Source: Nonlabens ponticola (GTDB lineage Bacteria; Bacteroidota; Bacteroidia; Flavobacteriales; Flavobacteriaceae). From it: a stretch of DNA of 32,000 bases. The notes beneath the pieces were generated by a model. That model was not told the origin of the DNA. It saw nothing but the letters and a program-made list of their open reading frames with translations, and did no database searches. A program made the translations under genes and the position numbers. The DNA is taken from the NCBI RefSeq assembly GCF_003966335.1, contig NZ_CP034549.1:1800001-1832000 (forward strand), read 5' to 3'. Shown in pieces: positions 8,235 to 17,092 of this stretch (position 1 is its first letter; each line of letters opens with the position of its first letter).

Positions 8235-9506
8235 CTACCTGTGGATTGTCTGCGTTCTGTCTGGACCTACACTAACTATTTTGATAGGAATATTGAGTTC
8301 TTTCTCAAGAAACGAGATGTAATCATTCAGCTCTTTAGGGAGCTGATCTTCAGATCTTAATTTAGTCAGGTCTTCTTTCCATCCTGGCATCTCTTCATAG
8401 ATAGGAGTAACGTTCTCTGGCTCGATATTGTATGGTAAATGCTCGATGCGTTCACCTCTATACTTATAAGCTGTTGCGACTTTGATTTTATCAAAACCAC
8501 TCATCACATCACCTTTCATCATCATTAGCTGGGTAACGCCGTTGATTTCACAAGCATATTTTAATGCAACTAGATCCAACCAGCCACATCGCCTTGCGCG
8601 TCCTGTTGTAGCGCCAAATTCATTACCTACACGTGCCATTATCTCGCCGTACTCGTCATCAAGTTCCGTTGGGAAAGGACCACTACCTACACGTGTGGTG
8701 TATGCTTTGAATATGCCGTACACTTCACCTATTTGTGTAGGTGCAACACCCAATCCGGTACAAGCACCAGCTGCTGTCGTATTAGATGATGTAACAAATG
8801 GGTAGGTTCCAAAATCTATATCAAGTAAGGATCCTTGAGCACCTTCCGCAAGAATAGACTTGCCGCTTCTTTGCGCTTGTTGCAGGTATTCTTCAGAATC
8901 TATAAAGGTGAGTTCTTTCAATTCTTTTACAGCTGCAAAAAACTCTTTTTCCAGCTCTTTGAGATCGTATTGTATATCCACATTGTGAAACCCAATCATC
9001 GCCTCGTGTTTATCTGCTAGATTGCGGTACTTTTCTTTCCAGGTAGGCAATTCAAGATCGCCTAGACGAATACCGTTTCGGCCTGTTTTGTCCATATAAG
9101 TTGGACCTATACCTTTGAGTGTAGAACCAATTTTTGCTTTACCCTTAGAGGCCTCACTGGCCGCATCCAGCAACCTGTGCGTTGGTAGGATGAGATGCGC
9201 CTTTCGCGAAAGCAATAACACCTTTTTTATATCCAGATCAAACTGTTTAAGATTGTCCAGCTCTTTCTTAAAAATCACGGGATCAATCACAACGCCATTA
9301 CCTACCACATTGATAGCTTCCTTGTGAAATATACCGCTGGGAATGGTGTGTAGGACATGCTTGATGCCGTCAAATTCTAGCGTATGACCAGCGTTGGGAC
9401 CGCCTTGAAATCTGGCAATGATGTCATAGTTGGAGGTGAGTACATCAACAATTTTTCCTTTTCCCTCGTCGCCCCATTGCAAGCCGAGCAATAAATCTAC
9501 TGCCAT
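8235..9506 (-). CDS. purA: adenylosuccinate synthase
   Basis: GLQWGDEGKGK P-loop, GGPNAGHT, TTRVGSGPFPTE and GATTGRARRCGWLD. The start codon shares 1 nt with the stop of the upstream Fur-family gene. Confidence 0.95.
   Translation of the reverse strand: MAVDLLLGLQWGDEGKGKIVDVLTSNYDIIARFQGGPNAGHTLEFDGIKHVLHTIPSGIFHKEAINVVGNGVVIDPVIFKKELDNLKQFDLDIKKVLLLSRKAHLILPTHRLLDAASEASKGKAKIGSTLKGIGPTYMDKTGRNGIRLGDLELPTWKEKYRNLADKHEAMIGFHNVDIQYDLKELEKEFFAAVKELKELTFIDSEEYLQQAQRSGKSILAEGAQGSLLDIDFGTYPFVTSSNTTAAGACTGLGVAPTQIGEVYGIFKAYTTRVGSGPFPTELDDEYGEIMARVGNEFGATTGRARRCGWLDLVALKYACEINGVTQLMMMKGDVMSGFDKIKVATAYKYRGERIEHLPYNIEPENVTPIYEEMPGWKEDLTKLRSEDQLPKELNDYISFLEKELNIPIKIVSVGPDRTQTIHR
9201..9212. repeat. 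isolated copy of the CTTTCGCGAAAG palindrome inside purA
   Basis: Exact 12-mer. On the coding strand it reads CTT TCG CGA AAG GCG = L-S-R-K-A in the conserved LLLSRKAHLILP segment. No insertion is apparent. Confidence 0.4.
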
Positions 9507-9973
9507 TATGTGTTCTTTTCGGTTGTGTTTTTAATACCGTAAAAGTATAAAGAATGATTGGTTATGGTTACATCAAACACCTCTTCAATCGTCTTTTTTA
9601 TCGACTCGATTCTAGGGTCGCAAAACTCAATTACTTCATGAGTATCATTAAGTATCAAGTGGTCATGCTGGCGATCAAAATAAGACTTCTCATAATGTGC
9701 TTGATTTTGACCAAATTGATGACGACGCACCAGTCCACAATCGAGTAACAATTCAATTGTATTATACAGCGTGGCGCGGCTCACGCGGTAGTTCTGGTTC
9801 TTCATTTTGATGTACAAAGATTCTACATCAAAATGTTCTTCACTCGCATATATCTCATCAAGAATAGCATAACGCTCAGGTGTTTTACGGTGCTTGTTAT
9901 CGTTCAAAAACTGGGTAAAAACATTGCGTACAATTTCCTGTTCTTTCTCTAGATTGTTGATAATTTCTTTCAT
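9506..9973 (-). CDS. Fur family transcriptional regulator
   Basis: 155 aa. N-terminal winged-helix-like [14 protein letters not shown]...[11 protein letters not shown] and C-terminal His/Cys cluster DRQHDHLIL...EFCDP. Metal specificity cannot be determined from the sequence. Confidence 0.75.
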   Translation of the reverse strand: MKEIINNLEKEQEIVRNVFTQFLNDNKHRKTPERYAILDEIYASEEHFDVESLYIKMKNQNYRVSRATLYNTIELLLDCGLVRRHQFGQNQAHYEKSYFDRQHDHLILNDTHEVIEFCDPRIESIKKTIEEVFDVTITNHSLYFYGIKNTTEKNT

Positions 9974-9976
9974 GAA

Positions 9977-12178
9977 TTAGGATCTTGTAACGGTATCGAT
10001 ACCATTTAATTTATTGAGATTTTGCATGAGCTTTGTCAGCATACCACTATTGGGAACCACAACGGTTATTTGACCTTTAAAAACACCATCATCACTATTA
10101 AAACTAATGTTGCGTATGTTGACATGCATATTTTGAGAAATGAGCTGTGTGATCTCCTGTACTAATCCCATGCGATCTAGACCTGTCAGATGAATATCTG
10201 CCTTGTGCTCTTTTTGTGTACTATCAATCCATTTTGCACTGATGATTCGGTAGGCAAACTTGCTTTGCAAACTTATGGCATTAGGGCAATTTTTTTTATG
10301 AACTTTAATGCCATCACTTACGGTGGTAAAACCAAAAACAGGATCACCTGGAATAGGATTACAACATTGCGATAAGGTATAATCCAATTGGGATTCCTCT
10401 TTACCGAAGACCAGTTCATCATACTTTTGAGTAACCTCATCCTTATGCAAGTCCACATTCTCTGGTGCCTTGCGTATTTTATTTTTGAAAAAGGAATACA
10501 GTGCATTGCTGCGACTGTTTGCATAGTCCTTGATCATTTTATTGTCAATGCTACCTATACCAACGCGATAAAATAAATCCTGACTCGTTTTGAGTTTGAA
10601 AAATGTCACCATCTGATTGACGGTATTCTCGTCAAGCGGTATTTTTTGTGACTTGAGCTTGCGCATCAAGATCACTTTTCCTTCTTCAGAAATTGATTTT
10701 TGATCTTCCTTGAGCGAGCTCTTGATTTTTGATCTTGCTCTTGCAGTCGTTGCATAATCCAACCAGTTTTTAGTTGGTTTTTGATTGTCACTGGTGATAA
10801 TATCTACCTGATCACCGCTATTGAGCGTGTGAGATAATGGTATCAGCTTACCATTGACTCTAGCGCCACGAGTGTGAAGACCAACTTCTGTATGAATAGC
10901 AAAAGCAAAATCAAGTGGTGTAGCGCCTTTAGGTAAGGATTTGAGTTCGCCCTTAGGTGTAAAAACAAAGATTTCCTTACTATACAAGTTGAGTTTGAAT
11001 TGCTCTACAAAATCGACGGCATTAGTCTCTGAGTTTTCAAGCGCTTCTTGTAGCCTATTGAGCCACTCGTCCAAGCCATCTTCCTTGCTGCCTTGTTTGT
11101 ATTTGTAGTGTGCTGCATATCCTTTTTCTGCGATCTCGTGCATACGCTCACTGCGTATCTGGACTTCTACCCAATGACCATCTGGTCCCATGACAGTTAT
11201 ATGTAGTGCTTCATAACCAGTGGATTTAGGTGAGCTTATCCAGTCGCGCAATCGCACTGGATTAGGCCTGAAGTGATCTGTAACGATACTATAAATCTTC
11301 CATGCTAGGAATTTCTCGTTGGCACGATCACTGCGAAAAACGATGCGCACCGCAAACTTGTCATAAACTTCTTCAAAAGCAACATTTTGCTTGAGCATCT
11401 TGCGACGTATGGAGAAAACTGACTTAGGTCTTCCCTGAATTTTATATTCCAGTCCTTCTCTAGTCAAGCTCTCATCAATAATGTTACTGAATTGCTTGAT
11501 GTAAGCATCTTGTTCCTCTTTACTATCAGCAATAGATTTTGTAATGTCCTGAAAAACCTCAGGCTCTGTGTATTTCAGGCCTAGATCTTCAAGCTCTGTC
11601 TTGATATTGTATAATCCTAGACGATGTGCGATGGGCGCATATATATACAGCGTCTCACTAGCTATCTTCACCTGTTTATGAGGTGGCATGCTGTCCATGG
11701 TTTGCATGTTGTGCAGACGGTCAGCAATCTTGATGATGATCACACGGACGTCTTCATTGAGCGTCAAGAGCATCTTACGGAAGTTCTCTGCCTGTGACGA
11801 GATATCGGCCTCATTTTTAAGGTGCGAGATCTTTGTCAAGCCATCAACAATGCGGGCAATGGTGACATTAAAAAGTTGTTCAATATCTGCCAGCGTGTAG
11901 GCCGTATCTTCAACCACATCATGAAGTAGGGCAGCGGCTATGGCTGTGGCGTCTAGGCCTATTTGTTTTGCAACAATTTTGGCGACGGCGATAGGATGAA
12001 AAATATAGGCTTCTCCAGATTTGCGACGTTGTGGGCTGTGCGCCTCGACGGCAATATCAAACGCCTTGCGTATAAGAGCCTTGTCATCGTCACTAAGCGC
12101 CTGATAACTTATACGCAAGAGTTCCTTGTACTCCTTGGCAATACGTTTATTTTCTTCCTTGACGGCAACTGTACTCAT
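9977..12178 (-). CDS. rel: long RelA/SpoT-homolog (p)ppGpp synthetase/hydrolase
   Basis: HD hydrolase motif LHDVVEDT. Synthetase region GRPKSVFSIRRKM...YEALHITV. TGS-like FVFTPKGELKSLPKGATPLDFAFAIH. ACT-like C-terminus. 733 aa. Confidence 0.92.
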   Translation of the reverse strand: MSTVAVKEENKRIAKEYKELLRISYQALSDDDKALIRKAFDIAVEAHSPQRRKSGEAYIFHPIAVAKIVAKQIGLDATAIAAALLHDVVEDTAYTLADIEQLFNVTIARIVDGLTKISHLKNEADISSQAENFRKMLLTLNEDVRVIIIKIADRLHNMQTMDSMPPHKQVKIASETLYIYAPIAHRLGLYNIKTELEDLGLKYTEPEVFQDITKSIADSKEEQDAYIKQFSNIIDESLTREGLEYKIQGRPKSVFSIRRKMLKQNVAFEEVYDKFAVRIVFRSDRANEKFLAWKIYSIVTDHFRPNPVRLRDWISSPKSTGYEALHITVMGPDGHWVEVQIRSERMHEIAEKGYAAHYKYKQGSKEDGLDEWLNRLQEALENSETNAVDFVEQFKLNLYSKEIFVFTPKGELKSLPKGATPLDFAFAIHTEVGLHTRGARVNGKLIPLSHTLNSGDQVDIITSDNQKPTKNWLDYATTARARSKIKSSLKEDQKSISEEGKVILMRKLKSQKIPLDENTVNQMVTFFKLKTSQDLFYRVGIGSIDNKMIKDYANSRSNALYSFFKNKIRKAPENVDLHKDEVTQKYDELVFGKEESQLDYTLSQCCNPIPGDPVFGFTTVSDGIKVHKKNCPNAISLQSKFAYRIISAKWIDSTQKEHKADIHLTGLDRMGLVQEITQLISQNMHVNIRNISFNSDDGVFKGQITVVVPNSGMLTKLMQNLNKLNGIDTVTRS

Positions 12179-12228
12179 ACAGTAAAGTTACAGCAGTTTC
12201 AAGGATAAATCAATAGGCGATGCACTCA

Positions 12229-12270
12229 ATGTTGGTGGGTTTGTTACGCTTTCGCGAAAGCGTAATTCTT
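12229..12270. repeat. palindromic element copy B (REP-like), downstream of CotH-like gene 1 and upstream of rel
   Basis: GTTGGTGGGTTTG + perfect 22-nt palindrome TTACGCTTTCGCGAAAGCGTAA (12244-12265). It starts 24 nt beyond the minus-strand stop at 12289. Confidence 0.8.
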
Positions 12271-12288
12271 AAAATCCATATGGTAAAC

Positions 12289-13518
12289 TTATTGCACAGA
12301 AATAGTATCCTGTTTAATTACAAATTCCTCATTGAGGTAGTCCATGCGTTGCGAAAGCCATTGTTTAAGATCTTCTACATACTCCATGTATGTTGTAAAA
12401 ATGACTCTATTAGGCCAGGTCTCTCGTGCCATCATGTGGTACTTTTTATGATTGCTGATGACAGTGGGCTCAATAATTGCAGCTTGATTATCTAGGAAGG
12501 ATAATAGGCGATCTTTTTGCTCATAAAAATAGCTATATCGCTTCTTGCGCAAGGCAATAAACTCTGGATCTTCTAAGATATACTTGAGCCATTCATTATC
12601 GTCCAGTAGGTAACCTTCGATTTCATAATTATCACTGTAATTAATATTTCCAAAGCCTATATCAAAATCCCAAACTGGACCAAATTTCAATTTTCCACCT
12701 GGCTTGTAGGTAAAGTAGACACTTGAATAAAAGTTGGCATCTTGATTACGTGATATCTCTTGAAGAATGTACCAATCCACCAGCGTCTCCATATCTACAT
12801 ACTCCTTATAAGTGCTGTAATCATTTTCATTTGAATTGAAGAAAGCCTGCTCTGTGTCTAGTATAAATTGCTTGACATCTTTGAACTCTTGATCGTCCAC
12901 TGTAATGTCAGGTTCTTTGATTTTAATTGTATATTTCTTTGTGTAAATGGAGGCGTCATCTGGTTTTAATCGCGACACGTGATCTAATTCAAGAAGGTAT
13001 CCATTATCCTTGGTAATTCTGTTTTTCTGGAGTTCTATCTTTTCTGTTACCAGGAACAATCCATGCCAGTCGCCATCTATATTGACATTAAAAAATTGAC
13101 TTTGAGGAGTGTAGGATAGTTTGCTCATGCGGCTCATCTCAAACGCCAGACTATTGCGCAACATGGTTTTATCATAATAATTTGCCAGTAGAATCCATTT
13201 TTTGGCGGGCGGCATGTTGCCTATCGCATTAGATTTATCCAGCTTCATTTGATAAGGCTTCTTTGGTGCGAGCCATGTACTGTGCCCGCGATGTCTTATT
13301 TTACCACCCAGCACTGTATTACTCAAGAATGCTTCGGGATTTTCTTGTACCGTAATTACTGTATAATCATCACGAGCAATACTATCTTGAATGTTAACTT
13401 TATGAATATCAAGCGTTGGTATAGACTTACCTGGCGTGGATAGCAATATAATTGCGGCTACCACTGCGGTGACAACTATAGCCACAGTACCTAAAATAAT
13501 CAATTTTCCTTTTTTCAT
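12289..13518 (-). CDS. CotH kinase family protein, N-terminal membrane anchor
   Basis: LLANYYDKTMLRNSLAFEMSR, NVNIDGDWHGLFLVTEKIE and VWDFDIGFGN fit CotH-family patterns. N-terminal hydrophobic helix IILGTVAIVVTAVVAAIILL. Confidence 0.7.
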   Translation of the reverse strand: MKKGKLIILGTVAIVVTAVVAAIILLSTPGKSIPTLDIHKVNIQDSIARDDYTVITVQENPEAFLSNTVLGGKIRHRGHSTWLAPKKPYQMKLDKSNAIGNMPPAKKWILLANYYDKTMLRNSLAFEMSRMSKLSYTPQSQFFNVNIDGDWHGLFLVTEKIELQKNRITKDNGYLLELDHVSRLKPDDASIYTKKYTIKIKEPDITVDDQEFKDVKQFILDTEQAFFNSNENDYSTYKEYVDMETLVDWYILQEISRNQDANFYSSVYFTYKPGGKLKFGPVWDFDIGFGNINYSDNYEIEGYLLDDNEWLKYILEDPEFIALRKKRYSYFYEQKDRLLSFLDNQAAIIEPTVISNHKKYHMMARETWPNRVIFTTYMEYVEDLKQWLSQRMDYLNEEFVIKQDTISVQ

Positions 13519-13601
13519 TCAGACTGTTTCTGCTTTCATGTAGATGAGGATAAGTCATTTCCTATCTTAAAAGTCCTCATCTGGTAAATTATACTTTATT
13601 A

Positions 13602-14846
13602 CTACTCATTTACAAATTCATTATTTAGATAATCCATGCGTTTTGTAAGCCAATCTTTAAGGTCATTTACTTCTTCCTCGTATGTCATCCGCGCGACTCT
13701 ATTAGGCCATAATTTGCGCCCCAAAAGATTGTACTTCTTATGATTTCTTTGAGCGTTTTCTTGTAGCATGTTACTGGTGTCATCAATAAATTTAATCAAT
13801 GCATCTTTCTTACTGTAAAAATAGGCATAGCGCTCTTTGCGCCTGGCTATAAATTTGGGATCATCCATGATATATTTGAGCCAGTCATTACCTTCAAAAA
13901 GTAAACCCTCTATCTTGTAGCTATTGCTATAATTGATGTTGCCAAATGCGATGTCATAATCCCAAATAGGCCCTATTTTCAATTTCTCGCCAGGCTGCCA
14001 GGTCCAGTAGACGCTGCTATAAAAACTCGCGTCGTTGTTGCGAGAGATTTCTTGAATAATGTACCAATCTACAAAACTATCCATATCTACATAATCTTTA
14101 TAGGCCGTGTAATTATCTTGTTTAGCATTGAGAAATGCATCCTCAGTTTTCAATAGAAAATCTTCTATTTGTTGATACTCAGGCTCACCTGATACAAGAT
14201 TGGGTTCTTTTATTTTAAATTGATAATGTTCAGTTTTTACATAAACATCTTCCTCGTCCATCCTGTCTTTAGGCTCTATTTCCAGTAAGAAGGTGTTCTT
14301 TTTTGGTATTCTATTTTTTTGCAACTCAACTTTTTCAGTAAGTAGGTAGAGCCCGCGTGAGTCACCATTAAGTGTAACCTCATAAAATTTACTATCAGGT
14401 GTAAATTCTAATTGACTTAATCTGCTTAATTCAAAGGCTAGACTATTGCGCAGCATAGTCTTGTCATAATAATTAGCAAGTAATATCCATTTTTTGGCTG
14501 CTGGAATTCCTGCAATGGATACTGATTCATTCAGTTTTATTTGATATGGTTTTTTGGCAGTTTGCCAAGTTGTGTTACCGCGACCTCTTATTTTTCCTTC
14601 AATAACATTTCCAAAAAGAGCATTTGTTGAGTCTTTGAATGTAAAGACAGTCTCAACATAATCATCCTTGGGCACCACTTCTGCAAGATCAGGATTATCA
14701 TCATCTATTTGAAAACTTATGTGCCCGATAAAACTATTTGCTTTACTCTTTGCGATTTCTTGTTGCGATATGCAATGTGTTGAGATCGAGGCACAAAACA
14801 TAAGTAATAGAAGTTTTGATTTGCCGTAAGCTATTTCCTTCTTCAT
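13602..14846 (-). CDS. CotH kinase family protein, signal peptide (tandem paralog)
   Basis: Collinear with 12289..13518 at roughly 55-60% identity by eye: LLANYYDKTMLRNSLAFELSR, LNGDSRGLYLLTEKVE, IWDYDIAFGN. N-terminal KSKLLLLMFCASISTHC signal-like region. Confidence 0.7.
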   Translation of the reverse strand: MKKEIAYGKSKLLLLMFCASISTHCISQQEIAKSKANSFIGHISFQIDDDNPDLAEVVPKDDYVETVFTFKDSTNALFGNVIEGKIRGRGNTTWQTAKKPYQIKLNESVSIAGIPAAKKWILLANYYDKTMLRNSLAFELSRLSQLEFTPDSKFYEVTLNGDSRGLYLLTEKVELQKNRIPKKNTFLLEIEPKDRMDEEDVYVKTEHYQFKIKEPNLVSGEPEYQQIEDFLLKTEDAFLNAKQDNYTAYKDYVDMDSFVDWYIIQEISRNNDASFYSSVYWTWQPGEKLKIGPIWDYDIAFGNINYSNSYKIEGLLFEGNDWLKYIMDDPKFIARRKERYAYFYSKKDALIKFIDDTSNMLQENAQRNHKKYNLLGRKLWPNRVARMTYEEEVNDLKDWLTKRMDYLNNEFVNE

Positions 14847-15008
14847 TAATCATTTCATTTTATGGTAAATATAAGATGGCCAATGCAAACTGCGTGTAAG
14901 GACGCGCCTTAACCACTGTATGCAATATTGTTGATCATAAATTTTCTTACATACCGTCGTTTAAAAACAATCTACTTATTTTTAAATTTTTTAACCAATC
15001 ATATTTAC

Positions 15009-16319
15009 ATGGGAACATTTATTATAGAAGGCGGTCACCAACTTAAAGGCGATATACAACCACAAGGAGCTAAAAATGAGGCTCTACAAATATTATGTGC
15101 AGTATTATTGACTGCAGAGCCAGTGGTGATCAACAATGTTCCAGATATCATTGATGTCAATAAACTCATCGCATTACTCAACAACCTAGGCGTGCGCGTT
15201 ACTAAAAATGGTACGGCATCATACACCTTTCAAGCAGATGAGGTAAATCTCGATTTTTTGCAATCAGAGGATTACAAAATTCAAGGACGTGGACTGCGCG
15301 GTTCTATAATGCTGGTTGGGCCATTATTGGCACGTTTTGGAAAAGGATACATACCACGACCTGGTGGTGATAAAATAGGTCGTCGCAGGCTGGACACACA
15401 CTTTGAAGGCTTCATCAAGCTGGGCGCAACCTTTAGATACAATAAGGAAGAATATTTCTATGGAGTAGAAGCAGACAAGCTTACAGGCGCACAAATGCTG
15501 CTGGATGAAGCATCTGTTACTGGTACGGCAAACATCGTTATGGCTGCGGTACTTGCATCTGGCACGACTACTATTTATAATGCCGCGTGTGAACCATACT
15601 TGCAGCAGCTGTGTAAAATGTTGGTGCGCATGGGTGCCAAAATCGAAGGTATAGGATCTAATTTGCTCACTATTACAGGTGTCAAAAAGCTAGGTGGAAC
15701 TACACATTCCATTTTACCAGATATGATTGAGATAGGTAGTTGGATAGGACTTGCTGCTATGACCAAAAGTGAGATCACCATCAAGAATGTCGCTTATGAT
15801 GAGTTGGGAATTATTCCTGCAACCTTCCGCAAATTGGGAATAACTATAGAGCGCAAGGGCGATGACATCTACATTCCTGCGCATACTGATGGATATGAGA
15901 TACAAAATTATATTGATGGGTCCATCCTGACGATCTCTGATGCGCCATGGCCTGGTTTTACACCAGATCTCCTGAGTATAGTTTTAGTCGTTGCCACACA
16001 AGCACGTGGTAGTGTTCTCATACACCAGAAGATGTTTGAAAGCCGTTTATTCTTCGTGGATAAACTCATCGATATGGGCGCCAAAATCATTTTATGCGAT
16101 CCACACCGTGCGAGCGTTATAGGTCATGATTTTGAGTCTAATCTTAAGGCAACCACCATGACATCACCAGACATACGTGCTGGAATTTCTCTATTGATTG
16201 CTGCATTGAGTGCCAAAGGTACCAGCACCATTCATAACATTGAGCAGATTGACCGCGGTTATCAAAATATTGATACGAGACTGCAACGTATAGGAGCAAA
16301 GATTCAGAGATTGAGTTAG
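15009..16319 (+). CDS. murA: UDP-N-acetylglucosamine 1-carboxyvinyltransferase
   Basis: MGTFIIEGGHQLKGDIQPQGAKNEALQILCA is a typical MurA N-terminus. The listed ORF starts at a TTG (14928) and adds 27 non-conserved residues, so the ATG at 15009 is preferred. The active-site loop reads RPGGDKIGRRRLD. Confidence 0.93.
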   Translation: MGTFIIEGGHQLKGDIQPQGAKNEALQILCAVLLTAEPVVINNVPDIIDVNKLIALLNNLGVRVTKNGTASYTFQADEVNLDFLQSEDYKIQGRGLRGSIMLVGPLLARFGKGYIPRPGGDKIGRRRLDTHFEGFIKLGATFRYNKEEYFYGVEADKLTGAQMLLDEASVTGTANIVMAAVLASGTTTIYNAACEPYLQQLCKMLVRMGAKIEGIGSNLLTITGVKKLGGTTHSILPDMIEIGSWIGLAAMTKSEITIKNVAYDELGIIPATFRKLGITIERKGDDIYIPAHTDGYEIQNYIDGSILTISDAPWPGFTPDLLSIVLVVATQARGSVLIHQKMFESRLFFVDKLIDMGAKIILCDPHRASVIGHDFESNLKATTMTSPDIRAGISLLIAALSAKGTSTIHNIEQIDRGYQNIDTRLQRIGAKIQRLS

Positions 16320-16330
16320 GTTGCGATTAT

Positions 16331-16378
16331 GTTGCAGTTGGGTTGTTGTGATTACGCTTTCGCGAAAGCATAATCACA
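16331..16378. repeat. palindromic element copy C (REP-like), downstream of murA
   Basis: GT-rich GTTGCAGTTGGGTTGTTG followed by the 32-nt palindrome TGTGATTACGCTTTCGCGAAAGCATAATCACA (16347-16378; 15 of 16 pairs). It begins 12 nt after the murA stop. Confidence 0.8.
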
Positions 16379-16471
16379 TAGAAGAATTTCAACTATTGAC
16401 ATTTTTAGTGATCAAAAGCTAAATAAACACGCTTACCGTAAGTTAGGCAAGGAATTTGCTACCTTTAGAAT

Positions 16472-17083
16472 ATGAAACGATCACTATTAATCGCGTTTTT
16501 ACTTATCGCTTTTTGCGCACAGGCGCAAGAAACGTCAAGATCATCAACTCGCAAGATTGATCCTGTACCAGAAACTGAAGAAGGTGGCTCGCTATTATTT
16601 CCTAAGAAGAAAGAATCTACACCTATTTACAAAAGACCTAGTACCAAACCAATGGTCAACATGCGTACGGAGCGCGAATTGTTGGATCCTGGAGTACAAT
16701 TTACCCAACAGAAATTCTTTAAGGATGAAGGTAATAGTATAGGTTTTAAAAGCGATACGTTTTTAGGAGAAATACGTACTGGTGAAGCCGTTCTTGAAAT
16801 GGTATGCCGAGATCATAAGGCACAAGATGGAGATCGAGTACGCGTGTGGATCGATGATAAGATGGTGGTCAAGGAAATCTATTTAACCAACGCCTTTCAA
16901 GGATTTAAAATAAATCTAAAACCAGGTTTCAATAAAATTGAGATTGAAGCGCTCAACCAAGGACTTTCTGGACCTAATACTGCTGAGTTTAAGGTCATGA
17001 ATGAAAAAGGTGAAGTCCTTTCTAAAAATGTCTGGAATCTTGCTAGTGGCGTACGAGCAACTATGATAGTGATCAAGAGTTAA
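16472..17083 (+). CDS. exported hypothetical protein (signal peptide, K/P-rich linker, beta-rich C-terminal domain)
   Basis: MKRSLLIAFLLIAFCAQAQ signal peptide. Residues about 20-70 are low complexity (PKKKESTPIYKRPSTKP). No family recognised. Confidence 0.6.
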   Translation: MKRSLLIAFLLIAFCAQAQETSRSSTRKIDPVPETEEGGSLLFPKKKESTPIYKRPSTKPMVNMRTERELLDPGVQFTQQKFFKDEGNSIGFKSDTFLGEIRTGEAVLEMVCRDHKAQDGDRVRVWIDDKMVVKEIYLTNAFQGFKINLKPGFNKIEIEALNQGLSGPNTAEFKVMNEKGEVLSKNVWNLASGVRATMIVIKS

Positions 17084-17092
17084 ATAGGTTAG

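Noticed and set aside
8482-8805. Antisense ORFs of 100-133 aa inside purA (8482..8805), the ALDH gene (24399..24800) and the porin gene (27542..27865).
   Set aside because: Each lies fully inside a CDS with clear catalytic or family motifs on the other strand. Their sequences are low complexity with no recognisable domains.
11963-12495. ORFs 11963..12208 (+) and 12220..12495 (+) flanking REP-like copy B.
   Set aside because: They overlap the rel start region and the CotH-like gene on the opposite strand. The second begins in the intergenic gap, reads straight through the palindromic repeat and runs on into the CotH-like gene. Neither shows a coding-like sequence pattern.
13542-13582. Inverted repeat AGATGAGGA...TCCTCATCT between the two CotH-like genes, as a possible terminator.
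   Set aside because: The 9-bp stem encloses a 23-nt loop and has no T-tract, which is too weak to call. The two genes may be co-transcribed.
14928-15008. TTG-initiated N-terminal extensions in the ORF track for murA (14928) and amt (21921..21944).
   Set aside because: The extensions encode non-conserved, odd sequence (MLIINFLTYRRLKTIYLFLNF...). Canonical ATGs at 15009 and 21920 give the family-typical N-termini.
14847-15008. Search for Bacteroidota-type promoters (TTG at -33, TAnnTTTG at -7) in the divergent and upstream gaps 14847-15008, 16379-16471 and 21921-22101.
   Set aside because: I found no exact TAnnTTTG match at a sensible distance by eye. Only near-misses turned up (for example TAGGATTTG and ATATTTG upstream of amt), so no promoter features are reported.
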